Below, piece after piece: positions 32,108-39,292 of a stretch of DNA of 64,000 nt. Every line of letters begins with the position of its first letter. The first letter of the stretch is position 1. The position numbers and the translations under genes are program-made. This stretch comes from Candidatus Woesearchaeota archaeon (GTDB taxonomy: Archaea; Nanobdellota; Nanobdellia; SCGC-AAA011-G17; JACPIM01), in NCBI GenBank assembly GCA_964513145.1, contig CAZELK010000002.1:18413-82412 (forward strand), read 5' to 3'. The notes below the pieces were generated by a model. That model was not told where the DNA came from. It ran no database searches and saw only the letters and a list, made by a program, of their open reading frames with translations.

Positions 32108-32432
32108 GAGAGTAAAAATGAAATGTCCAAATTGTAGTTCGGAATTAAAAAAGGTAAAGGTAAAGGTAGAGAGAGCTAAAAATCCAGTCATAAGCCATCA
32201 ATGTACTAATTGTGATTATTTTGAATTTGAAGAAGAATCATCAAAAAGAGTTATAGAAGAATTAAGAGAAAGTCCTCTAAAAATAAAACAAAAAATTGTA
32301 AAAATATCACAAGATAAATTAGGAATCTATTTTAATAGTAACATTATAAGAAGTTTAGAATTAAAAAAGGGTGAAGAGATTTATATTTCTGTTCCCGATA
32401 AAAAGCATATTGTTTTAGAATTAAAAAAATAA
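32091..32432 (+). CDS. Zn-ribbon + swapped-hairpin (AbrB/SpoVT-like) protein, putative antitoxin/DNA-binding
   Basis: CPNCSS...CTNCDY, then KIVKISQDKLGIYFNSNIIRSLELKKGEEIYISV. Confidence 0.5.
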   Translation: MPKKLRRVKMKCPNCSSELKKVKVKVERAKNPVISHQCTNCDYFEFEEESSKRVIEELRESPLKIKQKIVKISQDKLGIYFNSNIIRSLELKKGEEIYISVPDKKHIVLELKK

Positions 32433-32521
32433 TCTAAAGGTATTCCCTGTAGTATAATCAATTTTAGTTCTCCATGATAGCTTTTTTAAGATTATTATTT
32501 AATTAATTTTTTAGTGAAGTT

Positions 32522-32547
32522 TTCCGTTAATGCTTTTCGCAAAATGG
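32522..32547. repeat. conserved ~25-nt motif immediately 3' of a minus-strand stop codon (copy 2)
   Basis: ttccgttaatgcttttcgcaaaatgg. A 16-nt identical core is shared with 3919..3943, in the same position relative to the stop codon. Confidence 0.6.
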
Positions 32548-32549
32548 TT

Positions 32550-33587
32550 CTATTTCGTCAATACTCGTTTAGTTCTAAATTTACTTTTAGGTCTGGAATT
32601 CAGCATTTTATCTTGTTCTTTTATTTTAACAAAATTCCACTTCCAAACATCTTCGTCCCTTACAAAAATTATAACCCTGCTTATTTTATCTTTTAATTTG
32701 GGAATATAACCTGTTTTATCCCCTATAACTTTTCCATACTCCTCTATATCTTTCATTGTAGGCATGTTACTTAGTTTGAGTCTTTTTTTACTTTCTCCTA
32801 GCCAGGAATACCCTTTTAATTGCACAAATTTTGGTTTGTAAATATTAATTAAATCAGAAAATTCAGAGGCATTATGATCATTCAAACCTTTTGTAATTGT
32901 AGTTCTCATTATAGTTCTTGAGTGTTTAAATTCTTTCATTAAACTTAAACTTTCTTTAACTTTTTCAAAAGCATTTGGAATCATGGAATTTGTAATTTTT
33001 TTATAATCTTCTTCATTCGTAGCATAAACACTAATGCTTAAATTATTCGGTTCAGCATCTTTGTCCAACATTTCTTTAATTCTGTTTGGCATTGTTCCAT
33101 TTGTAACAATAAAAACAGTCATCTTTCTATTTTTTATTTCTTTAATTAAATCTGCAATTTTTGGATAAAGTGTTGGTTCTCCGTCTAATGAAATTGCAAC
33201 ATGATGTGGATCCATTGCCTGAGCAAAATTTTCTTTAGTAACTATTCCGCCAAAACCAGATAATAAATTTCTTTGTGCACCAATTATTCCATCAACAATT
33301 TCTTCAGGCTCATCCCATTTATTTTCTGACTTAAATCTGTCTTTGCCAAATTTACGCCAACAAAATGTGCAGGAAAAATCACAAAAATCCATTGAGCTGG
33401 TCATTTGGACACAGCGGTGAGATTTAATACCGTAAATAGATTTGTAACAGTTATGGTCATTTTTAATTTTAGATTTAGTCCAGCGACATAACTGAACAGC
33501 AGTATGTTTATTCTTGCCTACAAATCTATATCCTGCTTTCTCATACTTTTTCTGTTCGTCGTTCGATAATTTTACAAATTCTTGCAT
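32550..33587 (-). CDS. taw1: radical SAM tRNA 4-demethylwyosine synthase (TYW1/Taw1)
   Basis: CDFSCTFC (Cx3Cx2C) radical SAM motif and a second N-terminal Cys cluster; the length and layout of archaeal Taw1. Adjacent to tRNA-Phe. Confidence 0.7.
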   Translation of the reverse strand: MQEFVKLSNDEQKKYEKAGYRFVGKNKHTAVQLCRWTKSKIKNDHNCYKSIYGIKSHRCVQMTSSMDFCDFSCTFCWRKFGKDRFKSENKWDEPEEIVDGIIGAQRNLLSGFGGIVTKENFAQAMDPHHVAISLDGEPTLYPKIADLIKEIKNRKMTVFIVTNGTMPNRIKEMLDKDAEPNNLSISVYATNEEDYKKITNSMIPNAFEKVKESLSLMKEFKHSRTIMRTTITKGLNDHNASEFSDLINIYKPKFVQLKGYSWLGESKKRLKLSNMPTMKDIEEYGKVIGDKTGYIPKLKDKISRVIIFVRDEDVWKWNFVKIKEQDKMLNSRPKSKFRTKRVLTK

Positions 33588-33730
33588 AATAGATTTAAGA
33601 AAGAGACATTTATAAAGACAACTTACAATTTATCTTGTTCTTCTTCTAAAAAAGAAATTTCTATATCCAGTAGAGAAATTTGTTATAGCTCTTTCATTAG
33701 TTATATCAACTTCTGGCAAACCATATTGTC

Positions 33731-33943
33731 TTAATATTGGGTTAACTTCATCAAATATAATTTTGGCCAAACCTTCTCTTCTTTTTTTACTATTTCTGAT
33801 AAGGTCTTTGCTCTTTCTATAGCTTGATTTCTATCAATTAATGAAGTAACATAGGCTTCTATAGATTCACTAGCTGTATCTGAAAATTCTAATGGTACCT
33901 TAGTATTTCTTCCAAAAATTTCTTCATAATTATGTATTAACAT
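33731..33943 (-). CDS. hypothetical protein, possibly frameshifted at an A7 run
   Basis: The 70-aa ORF continues in another frame for about 48 more codons past a homopolymer run. Confidence 0.3.
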   Translation of the reverse strand: MLIHNYEEIFGRNTKVPLEFSDTASESIEAYVTSLIDRNQAIERAKTLSEIVKKEEKVWPKLYLMKLTQY

Positions 33944-34150
33944 AAACTTTCTAAAAATTTTTATTTTATAAATGTTACTATTATTTTGTAGCTAAATAAT
34001 GAGTTAGATACCCTACCCAATCACCTATTACAGATCTATCCCTTATAGTTTCAGGATCTAAACTGTAAATTCCACCAACAGGTATTTCTTTATATAATTT
34101 AAACAAATATCTATTGAAAGCATATAATTTACTTATTAGAGCCTCATGAA

Positions 34151-34405
34151 TTATTTTTCTATTTTGTCTAACTCTTCTATTCTATTAACTACATCCCATT
34201 CTTCTCTATATTTTATTAATTGAATTCTTCTTTCCATACTTGAAACAAATTCCACGTATCTTTTACAACTGTCTACAAGATCATCTAAAAGTTCTAATCC
34301 TAATTTATCATTATGATCAATAAGAAATTTATGAATTAATTCATATCTCCAGCCAGCTTTTTCAACCTCTTCTTCTGACATTAATTTATTAAACATAGAA
34401 AACAT
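34151..34405 (-). CDS. hypothetical helical protein
   Basis: 84 aa. Confidence 0.3.
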   Translation of the reverse strand: MFSMFNKLMSEEEVEKAGWRYELIHKFLIDHNDKLGLELLDDLVDSCKRYVEFVSSMERRIQLIKYREEWDVVNRIEELDKIEK

Positions 34406-34423
34406 TATAAATATTTTTAACTA

Positions 34424-35947
34424 ATGTCATTTATAATGGAAAATTATGATGCTATATTTGTATTCCCTAAGTTATGGGAAAAAGAATTTAATCCACCTAA
34501 TCAGCCGCCTTATGGTTTGTTAATGTGCTCTGACTTATTATTAAAAAAAGGATACAATGTTTTAGTTTATGATGAAAGATTGGAAAGCCTGGGTGTAAAA
34601 AGCAGGTCAGAATTAGTTCAGGCTGTAAAGCACAGCAAGCCTTTATTTTTTGGAATATCTTCGCAATCAGGTCCAATGATTGAAAATGGTCTGTTAAATT
34701 CAAAATTCTTTAAACATGAATGTCCAGATACTCCTGTAGTCTGGGGTGGTGTTCATCCAACATTATTGCCAGACCAGACAATCAAACATCCATTAATTGA
34801 TGCTGTAATAAAAGGAGAAGGAGAACTGCCTTGTTTGGGATTGGCTGAAAATTTAAAAAAAGGAAATAAAGATTTTTCAAAAATTGATGGTTTATATTGG
34901 AAAGACAAAAATAAAAATATTAAAATAAATAAGCCTTGCCCAGGTGTTCCAGATTTAGATGAAATTAACATGAGGTGGGATTTAGTAAATCCGCAGCATT
35001 ATATAAGAGACATTGATGGAAAGAAATGGTTAGGGGTTATCACAAGCAGAGGATGTCCTTTTAGATGTGGTTTTTGTTATAACATATCTTTCTTTGGAAT
35101 GAGAAAATTCCGTGGATGGAGTCCTAAAAAATCCATAGAAGAAATAAAAAAAGTTTTGGAATGGGGTGTTGATTTTATTAATTTTGATGATGATTATATT
35201 TTCGGCGACCCACTAAGAATGTGGGGTATTTTAGATTTAAAAAAACAAGAAAATTTAAACTTCGAATGGAAAGCCCCGATAAGAGGCCATCTATTAAGAG
35301 ATGCATTAACAAAAAGACTCAAAGATGGTGGCTGTGCAAGTGTAACAATTGGTGCAGAAAGTGGAAGTGAAAAAGTTTTAGATTATATGACAAAAGATTC
35401 TGGTCCAGACGCTTATTATATGGCTGCCAAGAATTTAAAAAGATACGATATTCAGGGGAATTTCAGTTGGATTTTAGGTTATCCCGGTGAAACACTAAAA
35501 GATGTTTACATAACTCTAAATGTAATTAAAGACTTGGAAGAAATAAATCCAGACACAGAGCATGTTATTAACATTTATGCACCTTATCCAGGCACGCCTA
35601 GTTTTGATCAGGCTATAGAACGTGGATTCGTGCCTCCACCATCATTAGAAGGATGGACTGATAATTTCCGTGAAGCTTGCAAAGAATTGTCATACATTGA
35701 TGAAAAAAATAAAAAAATAATGGAAGCAATACGATGGGCTGGTATTTTCAGGACAATGTACAAAAGAAAGAGATTATATGCAAGCTGGATTAGACCTATT
35801 GTAAATGTTTTGGGGACTATTTCTAATGTAAGATGGAACCATAATCTATATAGCCTGCCAATAGAGCAAAAATCAGTAATTCTGGGAAGAGAAGTTTTAA
35901 AAAGAATGACAAGAAAGAAAAACGAAGAAATTGAAAACTTCTGTTAG
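34424..35947 (+). CDS. B12-binding domain radical SAM protein (class B rSAM)
   Basis: N-terminal cobalamin-binding-like domain, then SRGCPFRCGFC Cx3Cx2C; 507 aa. Confidence 0.8.
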   Translation: MSFIMENYDAIFVFPKLWEKEFNPPNQPPYGLLMCSDLLLKKGYNVLVYDERLESLGVKSRSELVQAVKHSKPLFFGISSQSGPMIENGLLNSKFFKHECPDTPVVWGGVHPTLLPDQTIKHPLIDAVIKGEGELPCLGLAENLKKGNKDFSKIDGLYWKDKNKNIKINKPCPGVPDLDEINMRWDLVNPQHYIRDIDGKKWLGVITSRGCPFRCGFCYNISFFGMRKFRGWSPKKSIEEIKKVLEWGVDFINFDDDYIFGDPLRMWGILDLKKQENLNFEWKAPIRGHLLRDALTKRLKDGGCASVTIGAESGSEKVLDYMTKDSGPDAYYMAAKNLKRYDIQGNFSWILGYPGETLKDVYITLNVIKDLEEINPDTEHVINIYAPYPGTPSFDQAIERGFVPPPSLEGWTDNFREACKELSYIDEKNKKIMEAIRWAGIFRTMYKRKRLYASWIRPIVNVLGTISNVRWNHNLYSLPIEQKSVILGREVLKRMTRKKNEEIENFC

Positions 35948-35988
35948 AAACTTTTTTTAAAAGTTTCATCAAAAGCGAGATGTAGATT

Positions 35989-36144
35989 ATGGGGAACATC
36001 ACTGTTAAAGCGAGTAATGGAAAAGTAGGACATAAATTGAAAAAGTTAAAAGAACACGGGCTTTATTTATGTTTAACTTGTGGTGAAATAGTTAAATCTG
36101 ACGGAAATTTATTAGAAGGAAATGAATTTCATGGCGTGAATTAA
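35989..36144 (+). CDS. small hypothetical protein (51 aa), not in ORF track
   Basis: MGNITVKASNGKVGHKLKKLKEHGLYLCLTCGEIVKSDGNLLEGNEFHGVN. Its stop overlaps the next ATG (TAATG). Confidence 0.25.
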   Translation: MGNITVKASNGKVGHKLKKLKEHGLYLCLTCGEIVKSDGNLLEGNEFHGVN

Positions 36145-36294
36145 TGACAGAATCCTATAAAAATATATTATTAGATATAGCTGGCTTTACTATTGTTTCA
36201 TTTGGTATAAAAACAGAAGATGTTTTTACAACTATTTTTGGTTTATTAATTATTTTTTAGATATTAAATTCAAATTAAATGAGGTTGAAAATAA

Positions 36295-36365
36295 AATAGA
36301 AGATTTAAATATTAGAATAGAAGATTTAAATATTAGAATAGAAGATTTAAATATTAGAATAGATA
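36295..36365. repeat. 21-nt tandem repeat (aatagaagatttaaatattag) x3.3, coding for IEDLNIR heptads in one frame
   Basis: Three exact units plus a diverged partial unit. Confidence 0.9.
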
Positions 36366-36519
36366 ACTATAAAGATATTGTAGAATTAAATCAAGAAATT
36401 AATCAAATAAAAAAAGGATTAGGTAAAAATAAAAAATGATAAATAAATATGGAAAAAATAAATTAGATGCATCAACAATTCTAATAATAATATTAATTAT
36501 TGTTTTTTTATATTTCCTA

Positions 36520-36939
36520 TTACACAATAAAGGATTTATCTAAAAAGTATTTTTCAAAATTCTCACAAGGTTCATTTAACCAGGAAGGTATTTTTTCTTT
36601 TTGATTTAAGTTAGTCCATATAAACTCAGTGTGTTCTTCACTTAATTTTATAGTATTTGTAATTGGCTTGCAAAAAAATATCAGCATAATTATTTTTTGA
36701 CCATCATCTCTTATAAAATGCTGAACTTGTGAGGGAGAAATAATATTAATATCCAACCCAGTTTCTTCTTTAGTTTCTCTTTTTAATCCAATAAAAGGGT
36801 CTTCACCTAGTTCTAATCTTCCACCAGGAATATCCCAAGCTCCAGGTTTGTGAACATCATTGGTTCTTCTCCTAATTAAAAGAACATTTCCTTTATTATC
36901 AACAATAAATGATTTTACAGCTATTCTAAAATTCTCCAT
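36520..36939 (-). CDS. NUDIX hydrolase
   Basis: Nudix box GGRLELGEDPFIGLKRETKEETGL. Confidence 0.85.
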   Translation of the reverse strand: MENFRIAVKSFIVDNKGNVLLIRRRTNDVHKPGAWDIPGGRLELGEDPFIGLKRETKEETGLDINIISPSQVQHFIRDDGQKIIMLIFFCKPITNTIKLSEEHTEFIWTNLNQKEKIPSWLNEPCENFEKYFLDKSFIV

Positions 36940-36946
36940 TTTCCAG

Positions 36947-37468
36947 TCATTTTTCTTTTTTTAATTTATCAAATAAAATCCAAAATTGATTTATAATTTC
37001 ACCACTTAATCTAAAATTATGTGAAGTCATCTCTGTAATCAAAAACTGAACTTCTTTTTCTGTAATAAACTTTTTCTTAAAAGCGAGTAATAAAACCCTT
37101 AAAGACCCACCTGAATTTAACCCATATAATTTAGCTACCTTTCGTGCGGTTTTATCGTCAGTTAACAATTCATCATGTTCCTGTAAAGCTAAAGCAATAG
37201 ATTGCGCTTCACCTTTGCCTAATTGATACGTTTTTCTTAAAGATTCAGATTTATCATTCCATTTATCTTCAAGTTTCTTAACAGTAATAAATTTATTTTC
37301 AAGAAAATCCTTTACTAGAAAAGAATCCGGAGTATTATTTATAATTCCGTTCCGAACTACTTCTTTGTATACTGCTTCAGAAATAAGTAAGTTCGAGAAA
37401 ACTCTTTTTAGTAAACCTAATTTATTCAATTTACCAAAGATAATTAATGAAGTAGAATCACAGATCAT
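36947..37468 (-). CDS. DUF3368-like PIN-related putative toxin
   Basis: N-terminal ICDSTSLII pattern; paired with the upstream UPF0175 gene. Confidence 0.5.
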   Translation of the reverse strand: MICDSTSLIIFGKLNKLGLLKRVFSNLLISEAVYKEVVRNGIINNTPDSFLVKDFLENKFITVKKLEDKWNDKSESLRKTYQLGKGEAQSIALALQEHDELLTDDKTARKVAKLYGLNSGGSLRVLLLAFKKKFITEKEVQFLITEMTSHNFRLSGEIINQFWILFDKLKKEK

Positions 37469-37761
37469 AAGCCTTCAAAATCTTCGATCAATTCTTCCTT
37501 TGAGTAATGAAATAACAATCCTTTTTCTTTTAGGATATCCATAAATCTTGTTAAAGGTATTTCAGCTAATTCCGCAGCTTTCCCAATGCTTATTTCTTCT
37601 TTTTGGTATTTCTCTAAGGCAATTTCTAATTTTTTATTTTTAATGCCTATTTCTAATACATCCCTAAGTACATCTGATTTGGAGATTTTTTCTTGTTTGG
37701 ATATCTGGTCTATTTCTTTAAGATTTTTTTCAGGTATTCTTACTGATATTGTTTCTGCCAT
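37465..37761 (-). CDS. UPF0175-family putative antitoxin
   Basis: ISVRIPEKNLKEIDQ...SIGKAAELAEIP pattern. I place the start at the internal Met (MAETISV). Confidence 0.5.
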   Translation of the reverse strand: MAETISVRIPEKNLKEIDQISKQEKISKSDVLRDVLEIGIKNKKLEIALEKYQKEEISIGKAAELAEIPLTRFMDILKEKGLLFHYSKEELIEDFEGL

Positions 37762-37857
37762 AATGTATACATATGTAGCAAGATGTATATAAATATTTTG
37801 TTTCACAAAAAATTTGTAAATAATTAACAATATTTGCAGATTTGCGGTTCTTTTTTC

Positions 37858-38280
37858 TTAACAATTCTTTTTTTGGATTTCACAACTTTTTTTGGTTTTG
37901 CCATTTTCATTCCTACTTTGATAAACTGACCAGACAATATCAGATACAGGCTTTAAAGATTCAAATACATTTTCTCCATAAAAATAACAAAGTGCTTCTT
38001 CTATTAATTCCCTGCCTTCTTCATTTAAATAAAAATATCTTCCTATCGGTGCAAATTTCAATAACCCGGAATTCAATATATCTCTTTCAAAATTAGTATC
38101 GCTATTTATATTAAAAAGATTAAGAAAATCGCTGAGATCAGGATAATTAGTTCCTACATTTTTTAAAGTATTAATTAGATCGTCCTCTGTAAATATTTTA
38201 CTGTCTCCTTCTCTTAAAAGAATTGCGCCCAATACCTTGTCAACTGGATTAATTCTTCCAACTTCTTCTGGAATTTTCAT
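37858..38280 (-). CDS. hypothetical protein
   Basis: 140 aa. Confidence 0.35.
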   Translation of the reverse strand: MKIPEEVGRINPVDKVLGAILLREGDSKIFTEDDLINTLKNVGTNYPDLSDFLNLFNINSDTNFERDILNSGLLKFAPIGRYFYLNEEGRELIEEALCYFYGENVFESLKPVSDIVWSVYQSRNENGKTKKSCEIQKKNC

Positions 38281-38347
38281 GATAAATACTTAATAACTAC
38301 AATTTATATCTTTTTTGATTAAATAAATTTAGTAAATAGAATATATA

Positions 38348-38569
38348 TTATAAATAATCTAAAGCTTCATCTATAGATTCAAAATCATCATCACTATTTT
38401 GTATATCTTTATTCTCTTCTGTTGATTTTTGTTCAGATGGACTTTCAGTAAGCGTTTCAGTTGTTTTTTCTTTGGTGGCAAAATAATAAACCAGTCCAAT
38501 AATTAAAATCACTGCAACAATTAAAGAAATAATTTTTGAAGTTTTCATTTTAAGCCAGCATCCTTCCAT
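38348..38569 (-). CDS. small secreted/TM-anchored acidic protein
   Basis: TM segment then an acidic tail. Confidence 0.3.
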   Translation of the reverse strand: MEGCWLKMKTSKIISLIVAVILIIGLVYYFATKEKTTETLTESPSEQKSTEENKDIQNSDDDFESIDEALDYL

Positions 38570-39174
38570 ATATTCTTAAGCTGTTCTAATAAGGGTTTTA
38601 TTTCATTTTTCGACTTATCTAAAAATAATTTCTCTTTAATTTGTATTATAATGTCAATTATTTGTGCAGATTTTTGAGTATCTAATTTTCCTTGTTCATT
38701 TGCTTCTTCAACTCTTTCTTGTAAATCATATAGTAAAAATACAACATAATTTCTCAATGCTCCTTTGTTGTTTGCTTTCGCTTCATTTTCTAAATTTCCT
38801 TTTCCAATAAATCCAGCTATTCTTTTGAAACACTGGTCTTTTTGAACGCCATTTAAATCATAACAAGAATTAACTTTGTTGTACAAAGCCTGGCAATTGG
38901 AAGGATTAGGCAAAACTCTGCAAGATTCTTCAACACTTGATGTATCCAAACCTTTCTTTTCTAATCTGCATTTAACTCTTTCAAGACGAATATTAAAATT
39001 TTCACAAGTTTCTTTATCTGCTTCTTTTGCTGATCTTGAGTTAAATTCATCGGGGTCATCAGTAAAGCCGCTAGGAACATCATCATTAGAACCTCCGCCA
39101 CCCCCGCCGCCAGCTCCATTAACTAAGGAAATCATCAATATACATATAAAAAATAAAACAAACAATTTTTTCAT
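38545..39174 (-). CDS. secreted Cys-rich protein with poly-Gly linker
   Basis: Signal peptide, GGGGGGG, 8 Cys, then a helical C-terminus. Confidence 0.45.
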   Translation of the reverse strand: MKKLFVLFFICILMISLVNGAGGGGGGGSNDDVPSGFTDDPDEFNSRSAKEADKETCENFNIRLERVKCRLEKKGLDTSSVEESCRVLPNPSNCQALYNKVNSCYDLNGVQKDQCFKRIAGFIGKGNLENEAKANNKGALRNYVVFLLYDLQERVEEANEQGKLDTQKSAQIIDIIIQIKEKLFLDKSKNEIKPLLEQLKNIWKDAGLK

Positions 39175-39292
39175 GTAGTTATTGTAATTTAAAAGTTTAT
39201 AAATTTTAGGAAGAAAGTTATTTAAATATTGATTAAAACTGTTAAAATATGAATTTGGAAGGAAACTATAATTTTAAAGAAGCTGAAAAAAA

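Noticed and set aside
36295-36365. Possible CRISPR array at the 21-nt tandem repeat
   Set aside because: The units are directly adjacent with no spacers and there are only about 3.3 copies. It is a coding or minisatellite tandem repeat, not a CRISPR.
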